Assembly: GCA_963772655.1 (NCBI GenBank) | Contig: CAVYYE010000009.1 | Span: 22,343 to 86,342 of the forward strand | Length of the DNA: 64,000 nt | Origin: an uncultured delta proteobacterium | GTDB lineage: Bacteria; Myxococcota_A; Polyangia; Haliangiales; Haliangiaceae | Reading direction: 5' to 3' | In this document: one piece after another, positions 19,775 to 29,251 of the stretch | Position numbering within the stretch: the first letter of the stretch is position 1 | How the letters are laid out: every line of letters starts with the position of its first letter | The notes under the pieces: generated by a model | The model's database searches: none | What the model was told of the DNA's origin: nothing | Seen by the model: only the letters and a program-made list of their open reading frames with translations | Position numbers and translations under genes: made by a program

Positions 19775-20089
19775 TCAACGCGTGGCGGTGACGATTGGAC
19801 GCTCCGACATCACCACGAGGTACTGCTCGATCATGTGGCGCTGCCGGCCGTCGAGCTTCGAGCGCTCGGCCATCTCGTCGAGCTTCTTCGGCCACTCGAG
19901 AGGGCGGTAGGCGGTCGGCAGCGGCGCGCGATGACACGCACCGCACTTCTCGAGGAGCAGGCCCCGCCCTTCCGTCAGTTGATCGAGGGCGACGTGTGCT
20001 CGCTCGGCGTCGAGTGCGGTCGCGTGCGGCGGCTGGGGCGCACACGCGGCGAACCCGGCAAGCACGAGACTCGACAACAGCGACCGCAT
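19775..20089 (-). CDS. Small monoheme c-type cytochrome lipoprotein
   Basis: Signal plus lipobox 'LAGFAACA'; single 'CGACHR' heme-binding motif; 104 aa. Confidence 0.65.
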   Translation of the reverse strand: MRSLLSSLVLAGFAACAPQPPHATALDAERAHVALDQLTEGRGLLLEKCGACHRAPLPTAYRPLEWPKKLDEMAERSKLDGRQRHMIEQYLVVMSERPIVTATR

Positions 20090-20091
20090 CT

Positions 20092-20110
20092 GAGTTTGAA
20101 AGTAACTTTC
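20092..20110. promoter_or_regulatory. AT-rich perfect inverted repeat TTTGAAAGT-A-ACTTTCAAA immediately upstream of the cytochrome c start codon
   Basis: 9-bp perfect arms and only 3 G/C in 19 nt within a ~70% GC genome. It ends 3 nt from the ATG of the minus-strand cytochrome c gene, overlapping its RBS position. Confidence 0.5.
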
Positions 20111-20163
20111 AAATTCGGACCGGTCAAGCGTCTCGTGTGGGTCCCGTGCGCGGGAGTGCGCGG

Positions 20164-21909
20164 CTACATCGAAATCGAGCCCTTACGGAAGTCGGACTTG
20201 CGCAGGTGCACGTTGATGCAGACCGGGCGACCGGTCTTCGCGATCGCCTTGGCCTCGGCCAGGGTCGCGTCGACCCGCGCCGGATCGGTGAGCACGAGCC
20301 CGACGCCCCCGTAGCCCTCCGCCACCTTGTGATAGTCGGTGCGCCGCAGATCGCAGCCCAGCGTGGTCCCCAAGATCTCGACCTGCTCGCGCGCGATCTG
20401 TTGCCAGCTCGCGTCGTTGCCGATCACGGCGATCGGGGCGACCCCGTGGCGGACGTAGCTGTCGAACTCGGCAAGCGTGTATGCGCACGAGCCGTCGCCC
20501 CAGATCAACCACACCTCCCGGCCCGGCCGCACCAGCGAGGCACCGAGCGCCATGCCGCCGCCCACGCCGAGCGTGCCGAACACGCCGGGGTCGAGCCACG
20601 ATAGCGGCGCGCGCGGGCGCACGATGTAGCTCGCGGTCGCGACGAAGTCGCCGCCATCGACCACGAGCACCGCATCGTCGGCCATCACTTCCTCCATGCG
20701 CTGGAAGAGGTGCAGCGGATCGATCAGCTCGCCGTCGGCCGTTGCTTTGCTCGCGATCTCGGCGTCGCGGGCAGCATCGCGCTCGCGAAGCGTGTCGAGC
20801 CACGGCCGCCAGCGATCCGGGCTCGGCGTCACGCGATCGGCGAGCGCGATCAAGAACTCGGCGGCGTGCATCTGCAGCGCGATGTCGGGGCGCCGGTTCT
20901 TGCGTAGCTCGTGGCTCGACAGGTTGGCCGCGATCAACGTCGCGTGCTTGGCGATGCCGCGGCCGTACCCGAGACGAAAGTCGAACGGGAACCCGCACAC
21001 GATCACGAGGTCCGCCTCCTTGAGGGCAGCGCCACGCTTGTGACGGAGCTGCAGCTCGTGGGTGCGGCCGAGCAGCCCGCGCGCGGTACCGGCGAGGTAC
21101 ACCGGCGCGCCGAGCATGCCGATCGCGCGCGCGAGCCGGCCGGCGTCCTTGACCCCGACCATGGTCTGGCTTCCGACGACGATCACGGGGCGCTCGGCGG
21201 CTTCGAGCGCGCGTGCCACCTTGTCGATCCCGCCCTCGCCCGAGCGATGCGGGAGCGATGGCATGCGGAGCTCGGGCAGCACCGGCGCGCGGAACTGCCG
21301 ATACAGGTGCCCCTTGATGTAGAGCTCGAGCGCCTTGGCGCCGATTCCCTTGGCCTTGCCGAGCCCGGCCTCCTTCTCGTACCAGCTGCGGACGATGTCC
21401 TCCGGGTACAGCAGATCGACGGGAACCTCGACGAACACGGGGCCCGGCACGCCATCGACGGCGAGCTCGCACGCGCGCTCGAGCGTGGGCCGCAGCGCCG
21501 GCACCGTCTTGACCGACGTCGCCCACTTCGTGATCGGCTTCATGATCGCGAGCTGATCGATGTCCTGGAGGGCGCCCCGCCCGGACAGCAGCGTCGCCGT
21601 GGCGCCGCCGAGCAGCACGATCGGCGACTGCGCCATCTGGGCGTTCTTGATCGCGGTGATCGTGTTGGTGACGCCGGGACCCGCGGTCACCGCCGCGACC
21701 CCGATCGTGCCGGTCATGCGCGCGACGGCGTCGGCGGCGAACACCGCGTTGACCTCGTCGCGCACGTCGACGACCCGTAGTCCGCGTGCCTCGGCCCCGG
21801 TCAGGATCGGGGAGATGTGTCCACCGCACAGGGCGAACAGGTGGGTCGCGCCGTGTTGCGCCAGGACGTCCGCGATCAGGTCACCGCCGTGAGTCATGGC
21901 CGGCATCAT
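20164..21909 (-). CDS. Thiamine-pyrophosphate-dependent enzyme (acetolactate synthase large-subunit-like / ThDP-binding family)
   Basis: N-terminal pyrimidine-binding domain '[13 protein letters not shown]...FALCGGH', central domain, and C-terminal ThDP-binding '[13 protein letters not shown]...GDGSCAYT' (GDG...N motif). Confidence 0.75.
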   Translation of the reverse strand: MMPAMTHGGDLIADVLAQHGATHLFALCGGHISPILTGAEARGLRVVDVRDEVNAVFAADAVARMTGTIGVAAVTAGPGVTNTITAIKNAQMAQSPIVLLGGATATLLSGRGALQDIDQLAIMKPITKWATSVKTVPALRPTLERACELAVDGVPGPVFVEVPVDLLYPEDIVRSWYEKEAGLGKAKGIGAKALELYIKGHLYRQFRAPVLPELRMPSLPHRSGEGGIDKVARALEAAERPVIVVGSQTMVGVKDAGRLARAIGMLGAPVYLAGTARGLLGRTHELQLRHKRGAALKEADLVIVCGFPFDFRLGYGRGIAKHATLIAANLSSHELRKNRRPDIALQMHAAEFLIALADRVTPSPDRWRPWLDTLRERDAARDAEIASKATADGELIDPLHLFQRMEEVMADDAVLVVDGGDFVATASYIVRPRAPLSWLDPGVFGTLGVGGGMALGASLVRPGREVWLIWGDGSCAYTLAEFDSYVRHGVAPIAVIGNDASWQQIAREQVEILGTTLGCDLRRTDYHKVAEGYGGVGLVLTDPARVDATLAEAKAIAKTGRPVCINVHLRKSDFRKGSISM

Positions 21910-21995
21910 TGTCGACGTCGCGTCATCCGGTCGAGACGGTGGAGGGAGAATCCACTCGCGCGAACCCGGACACGGGGCGATGCTAGCGGTCGGCC

Positions 21996-22859
21996 GTGTC
22001 GAACCTGGTTCTGTACTCGATCCCGGCGTTCATCGTGCTCTTGCTGCTCGAGCGCGCGTGGGCGCGACGGCATCCGGAGGTGCACGGGTACGAGACCAAG
22101 GACACCGTGGCGTCGCTGTCGATGGGGCTGCTCAACGTGATCGTCAGCGCGGGCGCCAAGTTCCTGTCGATCCCGCTGTTCGCGTGGCTGTACCTGCACC
22201 GGTTCGCCGACGTCATCGAGGCGACGGGCGCGTGGTCGTGGCTGATCCTCTTGTTCGCGGAGGACTTCTGCTACTACTGGTTCCACCGCATCCACCACGA
22301 GGTGCGGTTTTTGTGGGCGGCGCACGAGAACCACCACTCGAGCCAGCACTACAACCTGTCGACGGCGCTGCGTCAGTCGCTGACGACCCCGATCACCGGT
22401 CCGTGGTTCTGGGCGATCCTCCCGCTCGTCGGGTACCCGCCGTGGATGGTGCTGACCGCACAAGCGTGGAGCCTGCTCTATCAGTTCTGGATCCACACCG
22501 AGGCGATCGATCGACTGGGACCGCTCGAATGGGTGATGAACACGCCGTCGCATCACCGCGTGCACCACGGTAGCAACCTCGCCTACCTCGATCGCAACCA
22601 CGGCGGGATCTTCATCATCTGGGATCGGCTGTTCGGCACGTTCGCCGAGGAGCGCGAGCCGGTGGTGTATGGCCTCACCAAGAACATCTCGACCTACAAC
22701 CCGCTTCGCATCGGGTTTCACGAGTTCGCGGCGATGGGACGCGACGTGGCGCGCGCACCGACGCTCGGCGCCAAGCTCGGCTACCTCTTCGCGCCACCGG
22801 GATGGAGCCACGACGGCTCGACGAAAACTGCTCGCCAGCTACGCGCGTCTAGATCGTAG
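21996..22859 (+). CDS. Fatty acid hydroxylase / sterol desaturase family integral membrane protein
   Basis: Histidine boxes 'HRIHHE', 'HENHHS', 'HHRVHHG'; multiple TM segments; GTG start at 21996. Confidence 0.75.
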   Translation: MSNLVLYSIPAFIVLLLLERAWARRHPEVHGYETKDTVASLSMGLLNVIVSAGAKFLSIPLFAWLYLHRFADVIEATGAWSWLILLFAEDFCYYWFHRIHHEVRFLWAAHENHHSSQHYNLSTALRQSLTTPITGPWFWAILPLVGYPPWMVLTAQAWSLLYQFWIHTEAIDRLGPLEWVMNTPSHHRVHHGSNLAYLDRNHGGIFIIWDRLFGTFAEEREPVVYGLTKNISTYNPLRIGFHEFAAMGRDVARAPTLGAKLGYLFAPPGWSHDGSTKTARQLRASRS

Positions 22860-22884
22860 GCGGGGTATCCGGCAAGCGCTGGGG

Positions 22885-23718
22885 TTAGTCGACGGGCGTT
22901 GGCCGCACGAACACCAACGCGCCCGGCGGTGTCCCCGGGAGTTTCGCCTCGACGAAGTGATCGAGACGATCGAGGATCGCCCACGCACCGAGCTCGTTGG
23001 CGTGCAGACCGTCGGGACCGACCAGTGACTTCGCGGGTACGCGTTCGCCGGGAGCGATCTCGATGTCGTCACCGTTGGCGAGTGGTTCGGCCCAGCTCGC
23101 GAACGGAACGAGCACGACGCGATCGCGATGACTCCACTGAGCGATCTCGTGATTGAAATGCGCGATCGTTTTCACATCCGGAACGTGATCTTTGGGGATC
23201 AGCATCTCGGCGGCCGTGGTGATCCGCGGCACGTCGCCCACGACGATCCACGCTCCCGTCTGTCGTGCCCGCTCGAGCTCGCCGAGTGCGGCGGCGAGAG
23301 ATCGCTCCCGCCAACGATCGTCGGCCGATCCGTAGACGTCCCAGAACAACAGATCGATGGCGAAGATCGATTCGGCGTGGAATCCGATCGCCCGATCGAT
23401 CTGTGCGTGGGTGTCTCCCACCGGATCGCGAAACAGCCACACGTTCGCGTAGGCCTCGACTTTCGATCGTGGGGCGGCCGCCGCGAACAGGTCACCGAAT
23501 GGCGTTCCGCCCAATCCGGCCGAGACGCTGGCTCCCACGATCGCGATCCGGGAGGTGGGGAGTGCAGGTTCCGATCGGACCGGAATTGGGGGGTGCGGCC
23601 CACGACCTTGCCCCACCCGAGTCGGATCGGCCCCGCCGGTCCCGCTTGGGTGGTTGGGACCACTGCAACCTGCGCTCAGGCATAGCGACCCGAGCCAGAA
23701 TATCGCCCAATATCGCAC
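22885..23718 (-). CDS. SGNH/GDSL-family hydrolase lipoprotein
   Basis: Lipobox signal 'MRYWAIFWLGSLCLSAGC' (GTG start at 23716-23718); 'IVGASVSAG' GDS-like block; 'DGLHAN' C-terminal catalytic His block. Confidence 0.55.
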   Translation of the reverse strand: MRYWAIFWLGSLCLSAGCSGPNHPSGTGGADPTRVGQGRGPHPPIPVRSEPALPTSRIAIVGASVSAGLGGTPFGDLFAAAAPRSKVEAYANVWLFRDPVGDTHAQIDRAIGFHAESIFAIDLLFWDVYGSADDRWRERSLAAALGELERARQTGAWIVVGDVPRITTAAEMLIPKDHVPDVKTIAHFNHEIAQWSHRDRVVLVPFASWAEPLANGDDIEIAPGERVPAKSLVGPDGLHANELGAWAILDRLDHFVEAKLPGTPPGALVFVRPTPVD

Positions 23719-23984
23719 ATGGACGCCGGTTAACCTACTGAAGTTGCACTTTATGGCCATGTGTTTTCAATCATTTGGATGGTGGGCACAACTGGCCCCA
23801 CTGGGGTGTGAAATCTCATGCGCAATGCTGTCCTTGCACAACTCGATCTAGTATTATCAGTAGGTTGGCGATTCCGAGAGGTGGGGATCCCGGTCGGTAC
23901 AGTGGTTGCTCTAGGATCGGGCCTATGCTGATTGGTCTGCCATTGTCTCCGGCAAACCGTAGCGTCGCCCGGTCTCGGCGGTCG

Positions 23985-25199
23985 ATGTTGGAGACCCTCG
24001 TCCGCCACCTCGGCATGGTCCGGTTGACCGTGGCGGCTGCCATGGTGCTGGCCGTCACGGGCTGTTCGGGCCTCATCGATGACGGTGGGACGGGTGGGTT
24101 GTCGCCCGAAGAGGTGGTGGCCCGCAAGCTGTGGCTCGAGAAGGCGCTGCCGACCCTCACGGCGAACTGCCAGCAGTGCCACAACGGATCGCGCGAGAAC
24201 ATCGGCTTCTTGGTCGGCAACTCCGACCTCGAGATTCGCGACACCCTGCTCGCCTACGAGCCCGCGGCCGTCAACCTCGATGCCCCGGCGTCGTCCCGTC
24301 TGTTGACCAAGGGCCCGCACGAAGGTCCGGCGCTCACGGCCATCCAGACCTCGGATCTTCTCGAGTGGGTCAACGCGGAGAAGGATGCGGCCACCAGCGA
24401 CCCCGACAACACGACGGCTCCGATCGAGACGGCGCAGTTCCTTCCTCAGATCTGCACCAGCGGTCTCCCGGATGATCCGCCCGCGAACCCCAACCCCAAC
24501 TGCCCGGTCAACAAGGTGCCGCTCGACGAAGTCGGGGCCACGGGCGCGACCATCAACTTCGTTGCCCAGGCGCTCGGCTCGGGCCTCTACGTCACCAACC
24601 TCAAGCTGGTGCCGGGAACCGACGGCGCATACATCGAGCACCCCCTGTTCGTGTCGTGGCCGATGGACGGCTCGGAGCCGAAGGCCGACACGATCGATCG
24701 CTTCTACAACGTGAAGCTCAACCTGCAGGCGACGGCCACGTCCGAGGAGCAGCAGATCGGTGGTGGCACCGCGGCGTTCGTCGGGTTCTTCGCGACCGAC
24801 AAGATCACCATCCACTTCAAGGACGCGAAGCTGTTCCAACCGGACGACGGTGGCGGTACGATGAACACTGGCTGCAAAGTGCTCGACCAGTTCAAGACGG
24901 GGGCGGTCGGCCCGATGCAGCAGAACTGTCTGTCGTGCCACGGCGGTCAGAACCAGAACGCCACCACCTCGATGGACATCACCGGTATCGACAGCGGCGA
25001 CGACGCGATGATCCAGAACGCGTGCAACCAGGTTCGCACGCGGGTGAACTTCCAGGACATCCCGTCGAGCGGTGTGTTCCTCGCGACGACGCCCGGCAAC
25101 AACAACCACCCCTTCACCTTCAATGGCAACACCGCCAACCACGACGCCTTCGTCAATGCTCTTACCCCGTGGATCACGGCTGAACGAGACGCACCCTAA
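23985..25199 (+). CDS. Lipoprotein with two CxxCH heme-binding motifs (PSCyt-like). Apparent N-terminal piece of a split DUF1592/DUF1595-family protein.
   Basis: Lipobox 'VLAVTGCSG'; 'CQQCHNG' and 'CLSCHGG'; followed at a 9-nt gap by two more lipoprotein genes and a DUF1552-like gene. Confidence 0.55.
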   Translation: MLETLVRHLGMVRLTVAAAMVLAVTGCSGLIDDGGTGGLSPEEVVARKLWLEKALPTLTANCQQCHNGSRENIGFLVGNSDLEIRDTLLAYEPAAVNLDAPASSRLLTKGPHEGPALTAIQTSDLLEWVNAEKDAATSDPDNTTAPIETAQFLPQICTSGLPDDPPANPNPNCPVNKVPLDEVGATGATINFVAQALGSGLYVTNLKLVPGTDGAYIEHPLFVSWPMDGSEPKADTIDRFYNVKLNLQATATSEEQQIGGGTAAFVGFFATDKITIHFKDAKLFQPDDGGGTMNTGCKVLDQFKTGAVGPMQQNCLSCHGGQNQNATTSMDITGIDSGDDAMIQNACNQVRTRVNFQDIPSSGVFLATTPGNNNHPFTFNGNTANHDAFVNALTPWITAERDAP

Positions 25200-25208
25200 A
25201 GGAGCCCC

Positions 25209-26369
25209 ATGAAGAGGATCTCAACCCTATTGCTGGCAGCCGCACTCGCGGTTCCCACCGTTGCCTGCACCGGTGGAAACGGATCGTCGGGTGATGACAC
25301 TGTTGGCGACGATACTGGCTCGGGCGACGAATGGGACCAGGCGCTCGCAGAGCGAGAGTACGACTACAATGCGGCGCTCCGCATTGCCGCACTCCGCCTG
25401 ACCGGCGACGTCCCGACGGTCACCGAGATCAACGAGATCGCACAAGCGGGAGACGTCGCGGTGCAGAAGAGCCTCTACGAGGCCCGCATCCAGGACTATG
25501 TCTCGCGGCCGACGTTCGCGAAGCAGATGTTCTACTTCTGGCGCGACACCTTCAAGATCGGTGACACGGCGGAGTTCGATACCGCTCCGGCTCTCGCCGC
25601 GCAGATCTCGACCGAGAACCGCAGCTACATGGACCTGTTCACGCAGTCGACCGGCGCGTGTCCGACGTTCGACGAGACCACGTCGACGTTCACCGCGGCG
25701 GACTGCACCGGCAACGGCCCGCAGGCCGGCGTGCTGGGCAACCCCGGCGTGATGGCGCAGTTCTTCTCGAACTTCGCGTTCCGTCGCGTTCGCTGGGTGG
25801 AAGAGACGTTCGACTGCCTCAAGTTCCCGGTCGAGCTCAACGGCACCGCGCAGGATGTCGGCGCCGCGTCGCCGTACACCGGCGAATGGCCGTTCGACAG
25901 CATCGCGGGCACCGACACCGGCGGCCGCGTCGACTTCAAGGACGTCTCGTCGGTCATCTGTGCGAACTGCCACCAGACGATCAACCACATCGCTCCGCTG
26001 TTCGCGAACTACGACGAGAATGGCGTGTTCCAGAACACCATCTCGGTGCCGACGCCGCTCGACGGCGCCCCGCTCGCCGAGATCACGGACTACTTCCCCG
26101 CCGGCCAGAGCACGGCGTGGCGCTTCGGCCAGCCGGTCGCCGACATCCCGGCGCTCGGTGCGGCGATGGCAGCCGACCCCGACATCGCGCAGTGCGGCGT
26201 CGCCCGCGTCTGGAACTGGGCGCTCGGCAAGACCGACATCGTCGACGCTCTCGAGGAGGTGCCGCCCGAGGTCATCCAGACCCAGACCGATGCCTTCACC
26301 GCCAACGGCTACAAGCTGAAAGACCTGATCGTTGCCGTCTACACCAGCGACGACTTCACGAAGTTCTAA
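25209..26369 (+). CDS. Lipoprotein, middle piece of the split DUF1592/DUF1588/DUF1585-like protein; contains an 'ICANCHQ' motif
   Basis: Strong SD AAAGGAG 7 nt upstream; lipobox 'AVPTVACTGG'. Confidence 0.5.
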   Translation: MKRISTLLLAAALAVPTVACTGGNGSSGDDTVGDDTGSGDEWDQALAEREYDYNAALRIAALRLTGDVPTVTEINEIAQAGDVAVQKSLYEARIQDYVSRPTFAKQMFYFWRDTFKIGDTAEFDTAPALAAQISTENRSYMDLFTQSTGACPTFDETTSTFTAADCTGNGPQAGVLGNPGVMAQFFSNFAFRRVRWVEETFDCLKFPVELNGTAQDVGAASPYTGEWPFDSIAGTDTGGRVDFKDVSSVICANCHQTINHIAPLFANYDENGVFQNTISVPTPLDGAPLAEITDYFPAGQSTAWRFGQPVADIPALGAAMAADPDIAQCGVARVWNWALGKTDIVDALEEVPPEVIQTQTDAFTANGYKLKDLIVAVYTSDDFTKF

Positions 26370-26379
26370 GGAGGCGACC

Positions 26380-27069
26380 ATGACTCGTACTGGAACCAAA
26401 CTGACGATCCTGGTCGCGTCACTCGGACTGGCCGCCACCGCATGTGGCGGGCTGGACGACAACACGACCACCGACCCGAACGCACAGCCCGAAGGCTCGA
26501 CCGCGGGTGGCGAAGACAACACCTTCGACCACGACAACTCTGGCTTCGACCCGTTCGACCTGCTCGACCGGCTCGAGAAGGAGGGGCCACCGCGCTACAC
26601 CGCGCGTGTCCACAGTTGCCCGAAGGTCCGCTACCGCACCCTCGGCAACGTCCTGACCTCGTTCGGCGTCGACATCACCGACACCACCAACCTGTCGCCC
26701 GGCCAGCTCTACACGAGCGGCTTCAACGCGATGGGCGGTCCGAACTACGCCAACCGGATTCGCGAGAACCTGAACATCACGACGTCGAGTGCGTCGCGCG
26801 AGTTCGACATCTTCGCTGCTGCGGCTCCGCAGATCGTCGCGAACATGCCGACCCTCGAGCGGTGCAAGGACGCCAACGGCGTCGGTGCCGTGATGTTCGA
26901 TGCGAGTGGCGCCTGCCGCGCTGACGGCATCCAGTGCCTGATTGGCGTGCCGGCCCAGGCCGCACACCTCGACTTCTGCAACATCACCGTGTCGAGCGCC
27001 AGTGACACGACGACCGGTCAGAATATTGCCGTCGCGGCCATGCTTGCCGCGGCCTACACCTGCGAGTGA
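26380..27069 (+). CDS. Lipoprotein, C-terminal piece of the split DUF1587/1592-like protein
   Basis: SD AAGGAGG; lipobox 'LGLAATACGG'; 10-nt gaps to both neighbouring genes. Confidence 0.5.
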   Translation: MTRTGTKLTILVASLGLAATACGGLDDNTTTDPNAQPEGSTAGGEDNTFDHDNSGFDPFDLLDRLEKEGPPRYTARVHSCPKVRYRTLGNVLTSFGVDITDTTNLSPGQLYTSGFNAMGGPNYANRIRENLNITTSSASREFDIFAAAAPQIVANMPTLERCKDANGVGAVMFDASGACRADGIQCLIGVPAQAAHLDFCNITVSSASDTTTGQNIAVAAMLAAAYTCE

Positions 27070-27080
27070 GGAGAAGCACC

Positions 27081-28469
27081 ATGGCGAAAACCCCCTTTGC
27101 GAAGCGCGACGAACACCAGGAGCTGTCCCGGCGCGCTCTCATCAAGTGGACTGTCGCTGCGGGCGCCGCACTCGGCGTGTCGCGTGGCAAGATCCTCGAA
27201 ATCCTCGAAGGCTCGGCTGGTAAGGGCATCGCGTACGCGGCTGCCTCCAGCGTGACCATGCGGTCGGTCCACCTGGTCGCCGGTAACGGCGGTCTGGCGT
27301 GGTTCCAGCTGCTGTGGCCGCAGGTCGAGGTCGCGATGGCCAACAACAACAACTTTGCCTGGCACAAGCCCGGCCAAGCGACGTTGGTGGCCGGCACCTA
27401 CAAGCCCCTCGCGGTCGGTCCCGACACGCCGTGGGTGAACCTCCCGGCGGCGCGTCAGATGACGGGCTTCTTGTGCGGCAACAACGAGACGCACACGAGC
27501 ACGCCGAACTCGACGACCTCGCTCAACGGCGCCAACATCCACGCGATCGCGGCGACGTTGCAGGCGCAGACGCCGACGGTCATCCCCGCGATCCAGTTCC
27601 GCGACGCCGACTACGGTACGGCGCCGGGCGCGCCCACCGCGGCGCAGGTCGCGAGCGCCGGTGACGCCGTGAACCTGTTCAACAGTGCGGCCTCGCGGGC
27701 CGGTGGTCTGCTCACGATGTCGAGCAACGCCGCGCTCTACAAGGCGCAGTACGACGCGTTCGCCCAGCTCAACCGCGCGGCGAATCGCTCGACGCAGAAG
27801 AAGGCGTACACCACGGCCTCTGGTGCCGCGCAGTTCCTCGGCACCAACCTCGCCGCGAAGCTCGCCCTCACCCAGGCCGACCTCACGATGTACGGCATCG
27901 ACGGCAACACGCCGAACAACGTCCGTCAGATCGGCGAGACGCTGATCTTCACGGCCAAGGCGTTCGCGATGGGGCTCACCAACTCGGTGGTTCTCCCCGC
28001 GATGCGCGACGACCCGCACGGTGCGTTCGCCGATGGTCGCGTCAACACCGTCCCCGGACAGCTCAAGAACGTCCTCGACGGCTTCATGAACCACCTCTCG
28101 ATGCTGACCGACGAGGCGACCATGGAGACCCTCGCCGACAACACCGTCATCACGGTGAGCGGCGACACGACCAAGAACTCGCTGAACCGGAACGGGTGGC
28201 CCGATGGCACGCCGAACAACAGCAACATGGTGTACGTCCTCGGCGGCGGCCACCTGAAGACGGGCTGGTTCGGGCAGATCAAGGCAGCCGGTCAGGCCGA
28301 GGGCTTCGACGCGGACGGCAACGCGGCCACCTACGCGGGTGGCAACCAGGCCAAGTTCGCGCTCGCCTCGATCGCCTACGCGATCGCCAAGCGCGACGAC
28401 CGCCTGATCTCGCCGTTCGCGAACGGCATCACGATCGCCAACAAGTTTGGTAACCCGAAGGACCTGTAG
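27081..28469 (+). CDS. DUF1552-like protein with a twin-arginine (Tat) signal
   Basis: 'SRRALIKWTVAAGAALGVS' Tat-like signal; ~460 aa; SD GAGGAG. This is the canonical partner type of DUF1592-family proteins. Confidence 0.55.
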   Translation: MAKTPFAKRDEHQELSRRALIKWTVAAGAALGVSRGKILEILEGSAGKGIAYAAASSVTMRSVHLVAGNGGLAWFQLLWPQVEVAMANNNNFAWHKPGQATLVAGTYKPLAVGPDTPWVNLPAARQMTGFLCGNNETHTSTPNSTTSLNGANIHAIAATLQAQTPTVIPAIQFRDADYGTAPGAPTAAQVASAGDAVNLFNSAASRAGGLLTMSSNAALYKAQYDAFAQLNRAANRSTQKKAYTTASGAAQFLGTNLAAKLALTQADLTMYGIDGNTPNNVRQIGETLIFTAKAFAMGLTNSVVLPAMRDDPHGAFADGRVNTVPGQLKNVLDGFMNHLSMLTDEATMETLADNTVITVSGDTTKNSLNRNGWPDGTPNNSNMVYVLGGGHLKTGWFGQIKAAGQAEGFDADGNAATYAGGNQAKFALASIAYAIAKRDDRLISPFANGITIANKFGNPKDL

Positions 28470-28615
28470 GCCAGCGTCGTAACAATCTGGAACACGGGCC
28501 GGCTCTCACGAGCCGGCCTGTTTTGGTTTCGGACTCGACGCTGTCTCCAGCTGCTTGTTTTTCGCTCCTCGCTGGAGATCGGTGTGCGCGCGGGTGTGCG
28601 TGCTAGGCTACGACC

Positions 28616-29251
28616 GTGCGATTCGCGGTGCTCGGCCTTCTTTTTGGCCTGCTGATGTCGCCTGCGTGCGACCGCAACGAGGCCAAAGGCGGGGTCGGCA
28701 AGGCCACGAGCTCGTCGAGCCACAACAGCGACACGGAGCGGGAACAGGCCCGGTTCGACGCCGAGCGGCGGCCCGAGAAGGTCGTCGAGGCGTTGGGCAT
28801 CAAGCCCGGCTCGAAGGTCGCCGATATCGGTGCCGGTTCCGGCCTGCTCACGGTGCACCTCGCGCGCGCGGTCAAACCCAACGGCAAGGTCGTCGCGACG
28901 GACATCGATGAAGGTGTGCTCGAGCTCATGCGATCTCGGTTACAGGCCGCGGGGCTCGATCAGTACGTCGAACGCCGGGTCGTGGCGGAGGACACACCGG
29001 GTCTCGAGCCGGGCGAGTACGATGCGATCTTGCTCGCCGAGGTCGACCACTACTTCCGGGATCCGGTGACGTGGCTCAAGGCCGCATCGGTCGCGCTCAA
29101 GCCCAACGGACGTCTCGTGATCTCCAACCGGATCCACCACCGCCAGAAGTCGATGGCCGCTGCGGCCAAGGCCGGCCTCAAGCTGGTCAGCGAATCGACG
29201 CCGGTTCCCACGCACTTCATCGCAGTGTTCGTGGTGGAGCACGGAACGTGA
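28616..29251 (+). CDS. Class I SAM-dependent methyltransferase with lipoprotein-type signal
   Basis: 'VADIGAGSGLLTVHLA' SAM motif I, 'KPNGKVVATDID' motif II, 'LKPNGRLVIS' post-II; N-terminal 'LLFGLLMSPAC'. Confidence 0.65.
   Translation: MRFAVLGLLFGLLMSPACDRNEAKGGVGKATSSSSHNSDTEREQARFDAERRPEKVVEALGIKPGSKVADIGAGSGLLTVHLARAVKPNGKVVATDIDEGVLELMRSRLQAAGLDQYVERRVVAEDTPGLEPGEYDAILLAEVDHYFRDPVTWLKAASVALKPNGRLVISNRIHHRQKSMAAAAKAGLKLVSESTPVPTHFIAVFVVEHGT

Noticed and set aside
23775-23984. N-terminal 70 codons of ORF 23775..25199 (MDGGHNWPHW...)
   Set aside because: They precede the lipoprotein signal peptide and lie in a low-GC promoter-like region; start moved to ATG 23985.
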